This document shows, piece by piece, positions 1 to 10,102 of a stretch of 64,000 bases of DNA (position 1 is its first letter; every line of letters begins with the position of its first letter). Source of the DNA: a bacterium CG10_46_32 (GTDB lineage: Bacteria > Patescibacteriota > Patescibacteriia > UBA2169). The stretch covers positions 17,494-81,493 of the forward strand of contig MOEI01000006.1 of assembly GCA_001889965.1 (NCBI GenBank). The letters run 5' to 3'. Both the position numbers and the translations under genes were made by a program. The notes under the pieces were generated by a model. That model saw only the letters and a list, made by a program, of their open reading frames with translations. It did not search any database and was not told where the DNA came from.

Positions 1-741
1 GAGTTTATTAATAAGCGAACTTGGTTTTGGAGAAAGACATATGCAAAAATTTATACCAAAGCAGATATAATAATCGCCATTAGTTCGTGGCTTAAGGATC
101 GCGCCAAGAGGTACGGATATGCGGGCGAGGTTGTTATTATTCCCAATGGCGTTGATGTTTCTAGTTTTAGCGGATCACAGCGTAGTGATGAACGCGCGTT
201 TATACGCAAATCATGGGGGCTTTTAGATAGTGATTTTGCCGTAGTTACTGCCTCCCGACTGGTGCACAAGAATGGTGTGGATATCCTTATTGCCAGCCTT
301 ATGCATTTGCCTGAGCACGTAAAGATTGTTATTGCGGGTTCCGGGGAGGACGAAGAAAAATTAAAAGTTCAAAGCGAAGAATTTAACAACAGGGTAGTAT
401 TTTTAGGCCAGATGCGGCACGAGGATCTTCCGCGCGTGCTAAAAGCATGCGATGTGTTTGTACGGCCCTCTCGTTCCGAAGGATTAGGAAATTCGTTTAT
501 AGAGGCAAAGGCTGCGGGTTTGCCGGTTATTGGAACAGCAGTAGGCGGCATTAAAGATTTAATCCAAGTAGGCATTGTTGAGCCCACAGAAGGAACTCCA
601 GAGGCTATTGCAGAAAAAATTAAATTTGTCATGCAGGACCCGAACCATTCATCATCCAGACAAGAAATCATAGTACAGCGCTATTCATGGGATGTGATTG
701 CCCGGCAGTATGACGAGGAATATAAAAAATTAATAGCATAA
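1..741 (+). CDS. Glycosyltransferase family 1 (GT4-like), 5'-truncated by the window edge (C-terminal half)
   Basis: Frame +1 is open from nt 1. The C-terminal GT-B region has an EX7E-like motif (RPSRSEGLGNSFIEAKAAGLPVIGTAVGG). Confidence 0.7.
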   Translation, partial: EFINKRTWFWRKTYAKIYTKADIIIAISSWLKDRAKRYGYAGEVVIIPNGVDVSSFSGSQRSDERAFIRKSWGLLDSDFAVVTASRLVHKNGVDILIASLMHLPEHVKIVIAGSGEDEEKLKVQSEEFNNRVVFLGQMRHEDLPRVLKACDVFVRPSRSEGLGNSFIEAKAAGLPVIGTAVGGIKDLIQVGIVEPTEGTPEAIAEKIKFVMQDPNHSSSRQEIIVQRYSWDVIARQYDEEYKKLIA

Positions 742-744
742 TTC

Positions 745-1230
745 ATGTATCAAACAGTTAAGCAGAGCCTTAAATCTTTTTTTGCAGAAAAAGCCCCTCG
801 TTTTTTAGAATGTGTCCATACACATAAGACGATCATTAAGTATTTTTTATCCGGGGTCACAGCCGTACTTGCTAATTTGTTTGTGTTGTACGTATTAACT
901 GATATTTTTGGCGTGTGGTATGTGGTTTCCGGTATTGCGGCTTTTTTTGTTTCTATTTCGGTCGGTTTTTCATTGCAGAAATTTTGGACGTTTCGCGCCA
1001 CTGGTGTGCGTCACATTAAACGGCAAATGGCCATGTATATGGCTGTGGGAGCGATGAATCTTGCACTGGGTCCGGTGATGCTCTATACAATCGTGGAAAC
1101 GTTTGGCCTATGGTATGTTGTTGCGCAAGTTGTAGTTATGGCTCTATTAGCGGTTGGGAGTTATTTTATTAATCGGTTTATTACGTTTAAACAAGAGGTT
1201 TCCTATGAACGTACTGATGTTATCAACTGA
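745..1230 (+). CDS. GtrA-like small integral membrane protein (polysaccharide synthesis/flippase-associated)
   Basis: 161 aa with four predicted TM helices. Size and hydrophobic pattern are typical of the GtrA family, and it sits next to glycosyltransferases. Confidence 0.55.
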   Translation: MYQTVKQSLKSFFAEKAPRFLECVHTHKTIIKYFLSGVTAVLANLFVLYVLTDIFGVWYVVSGIAAFFVSISVGFSLQKFWTFRATGVRHIKRQMAMYMAVGAMNLALGPVMLYTIVETFGLWYVVAQVVVMALLAVGSYFINRFITFKQEVSYERTDVIN

Positions 1231-2311
1231 TGTTTCTATATTGGCTGTTGGCAGCGAGGCGCAGAATCGAATGAAAGAGTATGGGTCACTTGCTGATCGG
1301 CTTGCTATTGTTGTGTGCACAACCGGCGCGCCACGGCAGGAATTTGAAATTTCTAATATGGTGCGCGCCATTCCCACAAATTCGCGCACAAAAATTTTGT
1401 ACGCGTGGGATATACTGCGTGTTGTTAAGCAGTTGGTTCGTGGAACTATTGACGTGATTACAGCGCAAGATCCTTTTGAAACCGGTTTAGCCGGATGGCT
1501 TATTAGCCGCCGATTAAAATCAAAACTACAACTGCAGGTGCATACGGATTTTCTGAGTCCCTATTTTAGGCGCGAGTCGTTCAAGAATCGCATTCGCGTC
1601 TTGCTCGCGAAATGGCTCCTAGCGAAGGCTGATTCAATTCGCGTGGTAAGTGAGCGCATTAAGCAATCGCTTATTGGTCTGGGATTGCCCGAGGAAAAAA
1701 TTGTTGTGCTGCCTATTTTTGTTGATGTTGAAAAGATTCAGTCAGAACAAGTTGCTGTTCGCGCGCATAAAAAGTATCCCCAGTTTGATGTTGTTATTCT
1801 TATGGTTTCACGGCTTGAGCCGGAAAAAAATATTACTCTCGCGCTTCGTGCTTTTGCGGAAGTTGCGCGAAAGCATTCTAACACAGGGCTTGTTATACTT
1901 GGAGCCGGATCGCAGGAAACATCACTCAAACAACTTGTTGTGAGATATCAGCTCCAAAGCTCGGTTGTGTTTGAGGGAGCAGTTCAGCATACTATTCCCT
2001 ATTATCAGTCTGCTGATATATTTTTAAACACTTCAAATTACGAAGGATATGGACGTACGCTGATTGAAGCGGCTGCATCTGGTTGCCCAATCATCACAAC
2101 GGACGTGGGAGTTGTCGGGGAACGTATCAATAAAGATACGAGCTTGGTTGTTCCGGTAGGCGATTCGGCAGCGGTTGAGGAGGCTATGTCAAAGTTAATT
2201 ACAGATGAAAAAAAACGAAACGACTTGGGCCGTGCCGCTCAAGAGTCTGTGCAAAAGTTAGGCGATGCGCAATCGTATCTGGAGCAGTATAAACAATCAT
2301 GGCAGATATAA
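1205..2311 (+). CDS. Glycosyltransferase family 1
   Basis: GT-B C-terminal motif EGYGRTLIEAAASGCPIITTDVG. I chose the internal ATG at 1205 (MNVLMLSTDV) to avoid overlapping the upstream gene. Confidence 0.75.
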   Translation: MNVLMLSTDVSILAVGSEAQNRMKEYGSLADRLAIVVCTTGAPRQEFEISNMVRAIPTNSRTKILYAWDILRVVKQLVRGTIDVITAQDPFETGLAGWLISRRLKSKLQLQVHTDFLSPYFRRESFKNRIRVLLAKWLLAKADSIRVVSERIKQSLIGLGLPEEKIVVLPIFVDVEKIQSEQVAVRAHKKYPQFDVVILMVSRLEPEKNITLALRAFAEVARKHSNTGLVILGAGSQETSLKQLVVRYQLQSSVVFEGAVQHTIPYYQSADIFLNTSNYEGYGRTLIEAAASGCPIITTDVGVVGERINKDTSLVVPVGDSAAVEEAMSKLITDEKKRNDLGRAAQESVQKLGDAQSYLEQYKQSWQI

Positions 2312-3324
2312 ATCAAAAACCATCAGTCCTATTTATCACTCAAAAAATTCATGAGAATGATGATGATTTAGGATTTGTGATTTTGTGGGTAAAAGAATTT
2401 ATTAAACAGGGTGTAGATGTAAAAGTTATTTGTTTAGAAAAAGGTGATTTTAATAATTCATTTCCTGTATATTCATTAGGCAAGGAAAAAGGGTATGGGA
2501 AAGTGCGCCTTAGTTTAAGATTTTTAAAATTGATTTTGACACTCAAGTACAACCGCGTGTTTGTGCACATGAATCCGGAGTATTTTACTTTGGGCGGATG
2601 GTATTGGTTTTTAAAACGCATCCCCATGTATCTATGGTATACGCATTATACGATGCATGTACATCTGCGTTTGGCGGGTTGGTTGTGCAAGCGCATGTTT
2701 GCGGCAACACCACAAAGTTTACCGCAGTACAATGGAAGCCCCAAAAAAATTATTACTGGTCATGGCATTGATTTGGTTTTTTGGGGAGCTGCCCTATCGG
2801 AAAATCGTCAACCCCCGGAGAAGCTGCTTAGCGTGCATCGGTTGTGCCGATCAAAACGGCTTGAGCTTGGTATTCGCGCGTTGAAGCATTTGCCAGACGA
2901 ATATTCTCTGACTGTATATGGCAGGGATGTGGAAAAGGATTATGTGCAAGAGCTGCATAATTTGGTGAGCACAGAAGGATTGTCGGAACGAGTTGAGTTC
3001 AAAGGTCCTGTTCCTATGCACGAGCTCAAAGCCGTGTATCAAGGGCATCGCATTGTGGTGAATATGGCAAGCGAGACCATTGATAAAACCATGCTGGAGG
3101 CTATGTTGTTCGGCATGTATCCCATCACCACCAAAGCAAATTCACAAGCCATTGGTTTGCCGGTTTCGATTGAACATGATGATCCGAAAGAGATTGCGGA
3201 TTTTATTCTGTCAAAAAAATGGGAACAGTACGATGCCACGTATTTGCAGAATAGTGTGAAAGAGCGACACAGTTTGGCATCATTAATACGGCAGATAAAC
3301 GAGTACATAAAACCGGGAAATTGA
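2299..3324 (+). CDS. Glycosyltransferase family 1
   Basis: GT-B architecture with C-terminal motif (ETIDKTMLEAMLFGMYPITT). Start overlaps the upstream stop. Confidence 0.65.
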   Translation: MADINQKPSVLFITQKIHENDDDLGFVILWVKEFIKQGVDVKVICLEKGDFNNSFPVYSLGKEKGYGKVRLSLRFLKLILTLKYNRVFVHMNPEYFTLGGWYWFLKRIPMYLWYTHYTMHVHLRLAGWLCKRMFAATPQSLPQYNGSPKKIITGHGIDLVFWGAALSENRQPPEKLLSVHRLCRSKRLELGIRALKHLPDEYSLTVYGRDVEKDYVQELHNLVSTEGLSERVEFKGPVPMHELKAVYQGHRIVVNMASETIDKTMLEAMLFGMYPITTKANSQAIGLPVSIEHDDPKEIADFILSKKWEQYDATYLQNSVKERHSLASLIRQINEYIKPGN

Positions 3325-3328
3325 GTAT

Positions 3329-4441
3329 ATGCGAAAAGATTCACGAGATTCTTCGACTCCGCGAGTACGCTCCGCTCAGAATGACGGTGTTGGCAAGATT
3401 GCGATTATTGCAGGCGCGCGGCCGAATTTTATGAAAGTCGCGCCATTGGTGGCTGAGTTAAAAAAACAAAAGCTGCGCTATTTTTTGGTGAACACGGGAC
3501 AGCATTTTAGTAGCTCAATGGCTGGCTTGTTTTTGAAAGAGTTCCGTCTCAAACCCGATTACACGTTCAAACCGTCTCATGTATCAAGTAGACAGCAGGA
3601 GCGCGATATCAAAGTAGGGCTTGAAAAGGTTTTTAAAAAAGAGGATCCCACTATAGTCATGGTGGTTGGTGATGTGAACTCAACGCTGTGGGCTGCAGAA
3701 GTCAGCCACCGGATGCATATTCCGCTTGGGCACATTGAGGCAGGATTGCGGTCATGTAACAAAAAAATGCCGGAAGAGCGCAACCGAATTAAAATCGACC
3801 ATTTATCCGACATGCTGTTTGTGACGCAAGAAGAGGGTATTAAAAATCTTAAACGCGAGGGCATTGTTAAAAACGTTTATTTTGTAGGAAACATCATGAT
3901 TGATACGCTTGTCTTGTTCGCTAAAGGCGCAAAAAAGATTTCCGATAAATATTATTTTTGCACATTGCACCGCGCCGAAAATGTGGATAGTAAAAAAGTT
4001 TTTTTCGAAATTGTTGCGGCGCTTGAGGAAATTTCAAAGGACGCGCCAATCTATTTGCCATTGCATCCGCGCACTAAAAAGATGGCAGAGAAGTTCGGGT
4101 TGATGATTCGGCTTAAAAAAGCGTGCCGCATACTGCCGCCACTTTCGTACTCACAGTCAGTCGTATACCAAAAGGGAGCTAAACTCGTGCTTACGGATTC
4201 CGGCGGCGTGCAGGAAGAGGCAAGCTATTTGGGAGTTCCTTGCCTCACGTTGCGCACGGAAACCGAGCGTCCTGTTACTATTACACATGGAACCAACATC
4301 ATCGGTGGCGTCAGCATGGCGTCGATTATAAAAGCGTATCATTCCATTAAGTTTAAAAAACGAAAATCAGCCATCAAGTACTGGGACGGAAAAACATCTA
4401 AGCGGATCGTATCTATTTTAAAGAAAGAACTGCATGCATAG
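3329..4441 (+). CDS. UDP-N-acetylglucosamine 2-epimerase (WecB/NeuC superfamily)
   Basis: Motifs GARPNFMKVAPL, VNTGQHF, VGDVNSTL, HIEAGLRS and TDSGGVQEEA. Confidence 0.8.
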   Translation: MRKDSRDSSTPRVRSAQNDGVGKIAIIAGARPNFMKVAPLVAELKKQKLRYFLVNTGQHFSSSMAGLFLKEFRLKPDYTFKPSHVSSRQQERDIKVGLEKVFKKEDPTIVMVVGDVNSTLWAAEVSHRMHIPLGHIEAGLRSCNKKMPEERNRIKIDHLSDMLFVTQEEGIKNLKREGIVKNVYFVGNIMIDTLVLFAKGAKKISDKYYFCTLHRAENVDSKKVFFEIVAALEEISKDAPIYLPLHPRTKKMAEKFGLMIRLKKACRILPPLSYSQSVVYQKGAKLVLTDSGGVQEEASYLGVPCLTLRTETERPVTITHGTNIIGGVSMASIIKAYHSIKFKKRKSAIKYWDGKTSKRIVSILKKELHA

Positions 4442-6146
4442 CGTCGCATTTTTGAAAAAATATTGGCTTGTCATTTTAACAACGATAGCGGTATCCGCGT
4501 TCACGGCGCTACCGTCATTTTTCTTTTTTCAGAACGTGGGGGATGATTTTCGAGGTATATATCCGGTATTCAACAGCGACGCGCTGTATTACCAGACGCG
4601 TATACAGGAAATCAGCGACGGGCATGGTGAGCTCAATCACCCCTATTTTTTTGAGCACAAAGACGCAGTCTACCCGCAGGCAATAGGTGCAGAATATTTT
4701 TTGTATGGCATCACCAAGTTGTTCGGCATAGCGGCTCCGGCGCTGCAAATCATCCTTGATATCATTGCGCCAGCGCTCATTTTTTTGTTGACATATCTGC
4801 TATTGAAGCGATTTTCACCAAATGAATACACTGCGGTTCTGCTTCCAAGTTTTTTGTATACAGTCGTAATGGGTGGCTTGTTTAAACCCGTGAATCCACA
4901 AATAACGCTCCCCATACTGCTGTTATTTTTAATTTTTTGGGTCAAACTGATTTTAGATGATAAGAAAAAATTGCGCAACAGCATGATTGCAGGCGTGTTG
5001 TGGGGACTGCTGTTTTTAACGTACTTCTACCACTGGTCTTTTGTGGTTGTTATTGTCGGGCTGTACGGTCTCATACTTCTCGCTAAAAAGTCGTACGCGG
5101 AGCTGAAGTATCATAGCATCATGGTGGGTATTGCGGCGCTCATCGGCATTCCGTACTTTGTCCGTGTGTGTCAGGGGGTGGATGCGCCATTCCACGCGGA
5201 AACTGCGGTACGCGTGGGCTTATACTTTTCTCATTTGCCCGAAAGCTATCCGCGGCTTATGGTTGCGATCGTATGGTTTTTATTTTTTCTTTGGTTCCGC
5301 CATTATTATCGCCTCCAGCATGATACGCGGGCGACTATCGTGGGCGTATTGCTCGCGGGAAACATTATCTACCCGAACCATCAGATTATTACGGGAATGA
5401 TTATAGAAAATGCAGTGCACTGGTCATGGATGCCAATTTTGATTTTTGCGGTAAGCGGCCATTACCTGTTTTCCGTCGTTCGGAAACACCAGCCAACGGT
5501 AAAAAATATCTCTGTTTTTTTCGTCATCGCGGTTCTACTGATACTGCCTGCATGGCGGCTGTACACATTTACGTGGAAGCCATATCTAGGACACTATGCT
5601 GATGGGGCTACCGAACAGCGCCAGTACTATGCGGACGTGTTTAATTGGGTTAACGCGCATACGCAAAAAGACGACACAATACTCTCTGATCCGCGCTTAA
5701 TGCGTTTTATTCCCGCATATACGCATGCTAATGTTTATAATACGGAGTATGCATTTAATTTACCCGCAAGCGATGATGAGGTTGTCGAGCGCTACCTGCT
5801 TGCCCGGTTTTTTGATTCCGACTCCGGCGCCTCGGGCGTGAACGGCCAGGCTCGGATTCTGTGGTCGTTTGCGTATGAATCAGAAAAGAATACGCATACC
5901 ATAGCAGGCACATTAGCTATTCCATATGAGCCGAAGTATAGCCTTGCGCAGGAGCGCGAAAAAATTGAAGGCGTGCGTGCTGGGCTTGTCAAGCAGGGTT
6001 GGGGCATCGCATTGCTTAATAAATATCGGATTGACTACATTGTGTGGGATCGAAACGAAAAACCGGAGTGGAGCCTTGGGCGCTATGCGGAGCTTGAAGA
6101 AGTTGCGCGCATCGGGGATGTGAGTGTCTATCAGTTTAAAAGTTAA
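4434..6146 (+). CDS. Large polytopic membrane protein (about 11-13 TM helices plus a soluble C-terminal domain); possible GT-C-like glycosyltransferase or polymerase
   Basis: 570 aa with many hydrophobic helices and a hydrophilic about 170-aa C-terminus. No recognisable catalytic motif. Confidence 0.3.
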   Translation: MHSVAFLKKYWLVILTTIAVSAFTALPSFFFFQNVGDDFRGIYPVFNSDALYYQTRIQEISDGHGELNHPYFFEHKDAVYPQAIGAEYFLYGITKLFGIAAPALQIILDIIAPALIFLLTYLLLKRFSPNEYTAVLLPSFLYTVVMGGLFKPVNPQITLPILLLFLIFWVKLILDDKKKLRNSMIAGVLWGLLFLTYFYHWSFVVVIVGLYGLILLAKKSYAELKYHSIMVGIAALIGIPYFVRVCQGVDAPFHAETAVRVGLYFSHLPESYPRLMVAIVWFLFFLWFRHYYRLQHDTRATIVGVLLAGNIIYPNHQIITGMIIENAVHWSWMPILIFAVSGHYLFSVVRKHQPTVKNISVFFVIAVLLILPAWRLYTFTWKPYLGHYADGATEQRQYYADVFNWVNAHTQKDDTILSDPRLMRFIPAYTHANVYNTEYAFNLPASDDEVVERYLLARFFDSDSGASGVNGQARILWSFAYESEKNTHTIAGTLAIPYEPKYSLAQEREKIEGVRAGLVKQGWGIALLNKYRIDYIVWDRNEKPEWSLGRYAELEEVARIGDVSVYQFKS

Positions 6147-6149
6147 AGT

Positions 6150-8006
6150 ATGTGTGGCATAAACGGTTTTAATTCAAACAACGAGACGCTGATTCAAAAG
6201 ATGAACACCGCCACAAAGCACCGTGGCCCGGATGATGCGGGAGTGTTTTTGTCGAATGCATGGTCCTTGGGGCACAATCGTTTATCAATTATTGATTTAA
6301 GCGAAAAAGGCCACCAGCCCATGATAACGCCCGACAAAAAATTTGCTATAACCTTTAATGGAGAGATCTATAATTTTTTGGACATCAGAAAAGAGCTTGA
6401 AGTTAAGGGATACAAGTTTTTGTCGCAGACTGACACCGAGGTGGTTCTGTATGCGTACCAAGAGTGGGGACCGGAATGCCTGCAGAAATTCAACGGCATG
6501 TTTGCTTTGGCTATTTTGAATACAGAAACCGAGGAACTGTTTATAGCTCGTGACCGCATCGGCATTAAGCCATTGTATTACTATCACAAAGACAATCAAT
6601 TTATTTTTTCGTCAGAAGTTAAAGCGATTCTTGCGCACGATGTTGATATGTCGTTGGATTACAACAGTTTGAATATCTATTTTAGGCTGTTGTACGTGCC
6701 ATCTCCAAAAACCATGTGGCAGAACATCTATAAGCTCGAGCCTGGGCACTATGCGTTGGTTAGTAAACAGGGGGATGTCAAAAAAACGCGCTATTGGGAA
6801 ATTAAGAACCAACCATTGTTCCACGACAAAGAGGCAATTAAAAAAGATATTTCAGAACTATTGCATGATTCTGTTAAAAAGCGTTTGATGTCTGACCGGC
6901 CGGTTGGAGTATTTTTGAGCGGTGGAATTGATTCCACTATCATCGCGGGAATCATGTCTAAGATGTCAGGTAAGGTGAATACTTTTTCCATTGGATTTGA
7001 AGAAACCGAAGAGGCAGATAAGTATAACAATGATTTTTTAATCGCAAGGCGCACTGCAAAGCACTTTAAGACAAATCATCATGAGTACGTGGTTTCGGCG
7101 CAAGATGTGCTGGATAACCTTGAGTCCGCAATGTACCACATGGATGAGCCGGTCTCGAACCATATCCAGGCAGTAAATCTGCTTTTGGCGCGCCATACAA
7201 GCGAGGAGGTTAAAGTCGTATTAGGGGGCGACGGTGGCGATGAATTATTTGGCGGATACGAGCGGTACTACTATAACGCGGTTGTGGAAGTCATGCGTCG
7301 CTTGCCTGGGACAAAATTTGCTGCCTCTATTCTCGGAAAGTCTTCCTTGCGAGAAAAACTAGAAACAGAGCCTGGTGTTGGGCGGTATGTGAGTTTTTTC
7401 GCGCAAAAAGAGGGTATTGTCTCGTCATTTTTAAAACAGCACAATAATGCCGCAGTGCTGCCGCATTATTTATCAGAACGATTTTTTGGAACGGTTGATA
7501 CAAAAGATTTTACGCGCCAGTTCATGCGTACGGATATTTTAAGCTGGCTTCCGGATGAATCGTTATTGCGCAGCGATAAGATGTCCATGGCATATGGATT
7601 AGAGCAGCGCGTGCCATTTTTAGATCATCGTCTTGTTGCATTGGCGGACCGCATTCCAGTTGCATGGAAGCTGGGTAGCAAAGGGATGGGGTTTATGAAT
7701 ATCGGAAAAAATTATCAAGGCAAAGTGATTTTGCGCGAGGCAATGGCTGAGTATCTTCCTGAGTATGTTTCTAATCAGCCAAAATGGGGGTGGTTTTCGC
7801 CGGCCAGTAAGTGGATGCGCGGGCCGTTCGGGCCATTGATGCGCGAGGTACTGTCTCAATCCTATTGCGCTGGCACTAGTGAGTTATTCGATTTTAATGT
7901 TTTGCGTAAATTGCTGGATGACCACATCAATAAAAAAACATATGCCTTAAACACGCTTTGGTCGGTTATGACGTTCCAGCTGTGGTACAAACGATTTATA
8001 CAATAA
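6150..8006 (+). CDS. asnB: Asparagine synthase (glutamine-hydrolysing) family amidotransferase
   Basis: N-terminal MCGI nucleophile and the PP-loop SGGIDS. Length is 618 aa. Confidence 0.85.
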   Translation: MCGINGFNSNNETLIQKMNTATKHRGPDDAGVFLSNAWSLGHNRLSIIDLSEKGHQPMITPDKKFAITFNGEIYNFLDIRKELEVKGYKFLSQTDTEVVLYAYQEWGPECLQKFNGMFALAILNTETEELFIARDRIGIKPLYYYHKDNQFIFSSEVKAILAHDVDMSLDYNSLNIYFRLLYVPSPKTMWQNIYKLEPGHYALVSKQGDVKKTRYWEIKNQPLFHDKEAIKKDISELLHDSVKKRLMSDRPVGVFLSGGIDSTIIAGIMSKMSGKVNTFSIGFEETEEADKYNNDFLIARRTAKHFKTNHHEYVVSAQDVLDNLESAMYHMDEPVSNHIQAVNLLLARHTSEEVKVVLGGDGGDELFGGYERYYYNAVVEVMRRLPGTKFAASILGKSSLREKLETEPGVGRYVSFFAQKEGIVSSFLKQHNNAAVLPHYLSERFFGTVDTKDFTRQFMRTDILSWLPDESLLRSDKMSMAYGLEQRVPFLDHRLVALADRIPVAWKLGSKGMGFMNIGKNYQGKVILREAMAEYLPEYVSNQPKWGWFSPASKWMRGPFGPLMREVLSQSYCAGTSELFDFNVLRKLLDDHINKKTYALNTLWSVMTFQLWYKRFIQ

Positions 8007-8014
8007 TTTTTTGT

Positions 8015-8145
8015 GTCATTGCGAGGGAGTGTATTCACGACTGTGGCAATCCTAACGTCGCAATGCAGTCAATTGCACACTGGGCTCTCATCAATGATAA
8101 GATTGCCACGTCGCTCACTGAGTACAGCTTACTCCTCGCAATGAC
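8015..8145. repeat. Nested imperfect inverted repeat (long hairpin) in the 150-bp spacer between asnB and the next GT gene
   Basis: Outer arms gtcattgcgagg (8015-8026) and cctcgcaatgac (8134-8145) are a perfect 12-bp match, extendable to about 17 bp with one bulge. Inner arms cgactgtggcaatc (8038-8051) and gattgccacgtcg (8101-8113) pair with one bulge. Confidence 0.5.
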
Positions 8146-8156
8146 AACGAAAACAT

Positions 8157-9344
8157 ATGTCTAAAAAAATACTCATCATCTCACCCAAATTTCCTTTGCC
8201 AACCACGGGCGCCTGCGAACAAGAGCGCATGGCTGGGTTTTTGCAATTGCAACGTTTGGGGTACGAAGTGCGCATCATCTCTAAAATTTTTGATTGGCAG
8301 GACAAGGAGGCAATTCTTGCATGGGGACAAAAGCACGGCATTATAGTGGATCTTATTCCCTATACGCGAAAAAGTTTTTTTCAAAGGCTTGCGCAGGTTA
8401 TTAATCCCATATACTGGGATGGAGCTGCATACGAATACCGGCTTCCTGCAACGTGGCGCACTGTTAAAAAAATAGCAGAAGAATATGCGCCAGATATTGC
8501 TTGGTTTGATTATACGTACTTATACCCGCTGTATAATATATTCCACGAGAAGCGCATTCCTATTATTACCCGTTCGATTAATGTCGAGCCATTACATTTT
8601 TTACAGGAAGATGGCAGAAGCCTGCCAAATCTCATTAAATTTCTTTCCAAGTGGTACTCAGAGCTCACCAGCATCCGCACGAGCGATTATGTGTTTGCAA
8701 TTACTCCCAAGGAGGAGGTTTTGTATCGAACATTAGGCGCAAAGCGAATCGCGACATTGCCGTTGCGCAGTTTACCGGGGTTAGTAAAAAAAGAGCGCAA
8801 AATAAAAGAGCGCGATACTTTGCATCTGTTTTTTATGGGAGCTTCATACAATGTACACCACAACCGTTATGCCGCGGAATTTGTGATTAAAGATATTGCG
8901 CCGGAAGTGGAAAAACGCGCTCCAGGAAAGTTTTTTTTCCATATCCTCGGGAAAAAATTGCCGCAAGATTTATCAAAACTTTGTCATGGCAATATAAAAG
9001 AAGAAGGCTTTGTGGATGATCTAGATGTGTTTTTGCGCGAGGAAGTTGATGGAGCAGTTATTCCATCGCTTATGGGTGCTGGGATGCAGCAAAAGATTTT
9101 TGAGCCATTAGTGTATGGCATTCCATCTGTTGTATCGCCGCGCGGCATTGCAGGGTATCCATATCAGAATGGCGAGCATGCGCTGTTTGCAGAAACAAAA
9201 GATGAGTTTGTAGAGCAGATTTTAAGACTACAAGACATTGGCCTGCGTCAGACACTTTCAAAAAATTCACTGCAACTGAGCCAAGAATTGTTTTCACAAG
9301 AGCGGTTTGATGCTATTGTCACACAAGGAGTAATACTAGTATGA
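8157..9344 (+). CDS. Glycosyltransferase family 1
   Basis: GT-B fold. The C-terminal half has the acidic/Gly-rich region (GAVIPSLMGAGMQQKIFEPLVYGIPSVVS). Confidence 0.6.
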   Translation: MSKKILIISPKFPLPTTGACEQERMAGFLQLQRLGYEVRIISKIFDWQDKEAILAWGQKHGIIVDLIPYTRKSFFQRLAQVINPIYWDGAAYEYRLPATWRTVKKIAEEYAPDIAWFDYTYLYPLYNIFHEKRIPIITRSINVEPLHFLQEDGRSLPNLIKFLSKWYSELTSIRTSDYVFAITPKEEVLYRTLGAKRIATLPLRSLPGLVKKERKIKERDTLHLFFMGASYNVHHNRYAAEFVIKDIAPEVEKRAPGKFFFHILGKKLPQDLSKLCHGNIKEEGFVDDLDVFLREEVDGAVIPSLMGAGMQQKIFEPLVYGIPSVVSPRGIAGYPYQNGEHALFAETKDEFVEQILRLQDIGLRQTLSKNSLQLSQELFSQERFDAIVTQGVILV

Positions 9345-10099
9345 ACAATAAAGAGGCATTGCAAAAAGCATACGAGATATTGTCGCCGTATAGCAATAAA
9401 CAGCGCTGGGAATTAAACAATAATCTTGTGCACTTGCGGTTTATAACCAAGCATATTTCAAAGGAGAGCAGTATTTTAGATGTGGGATGCGGCATTGGAA
9501 TTTTAGATATTGCACTCATACTGCTTGGATATCATGTAGCCGGCGTTGATAAGTATCTCTTTGAATCGAACAATAGTTTTAGTATTAGCGATATTGATGG
9601 ACTGAAACGTATTTGGGAATCACAGGGGCTTTCAATTTTACCAAAGGATATATTGCAGGATGATGTCCTTGAGATGTATGGTGCAGTTATCAGTATCGCA
9701 ACCATAGAGCACCAGAAAGACCCAAAGAGGTTTTTGGAGCGCATACTTGGCGTCATTAGGCCGGGCGGGTTTATCTATATTGCAACACCAAACATCAGCC
9801 ATCTACTGAATCGAATTAGATTTTTGTTTGGCATGTCGCCTATGTCTGGGCATCTACAAAATTTTTTTAATCGCGGAGAATTATACGAAGGCCATTGGCG
9901 CGAGTATACATTGGGCGAATTGCGGCAGATATTTGTGTGGGTTAGTATTTTAGTTGTTTCAAGCCGAAACGTGCAGAGTATGCGGCCTGGATTCAGGGCG
10001 TTGTCTCCGCGTTCGTGGTACGTGAGTCTGTTTCGCGTGTTGTCTTATGTTATTCTTGGAACGCGGGACACGAATATTATTATCGGAAAAAAAGATTAA
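9341..10099 (+). CDS. Class I SAM-dependent methyltransferase
   Basis: Motif I LDVGCGIGILD. The post-I acidic residue is present. Confidence 0.7.
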   Translation: MNNKEALQKAYEILSPYSNKQRWELNNNLVHLRFITKHISKESSILDVGCGIGILDIALILLGYHVAGVDKYLFESNNSFSISDIDGLKRIWESQGLSILPKDILQDDVLEMYGAVISIATIEHQKDPKRFLERILGVIRPGGFIYIATPNISHLLNRIRFLFGMSPMSGHLQNFFNRGELYEGHWREYTLGELRQIFVWVSILVVSSRNVQSMRPGFRALSPRSWYVSLFRVLSYVILGTRDTNIIIGKKD

Positions 10100-10102
10100 T
10101 GT

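Noticed and set aside
369-671. Numerous 60-200-aa ORFs on the opposite strand or in alternative frames that fully overlap annotated enzyme genes (e.g. 369-671 -, 3577-3864 -, 10374-10715 +, 12278-12646 +, 16485-17069 -, 18922-19461 -, 25334-25930 -, 30286-30726 -, 36332-36877 -, 55669-56175 -, 57609-58328 -)
   Set aside because: Each lies inside a longer ORF that has clear enzyme-family motifs. None has recognisable motifs of its own. In an AT-moderate genome such shadow ORFs are expected by chance.
8007-8156. Possible CRISPR array or tRNA in the only sizeable spacers (8007-8156, 61200-61299)
   Set aside because: There are no regularly spaced direct repeats. The inverted repeats do not fold into a cloverleaf with acceptor/anticodon geometry, and no CCA or T-loop GTTC motif is appropriately placed.
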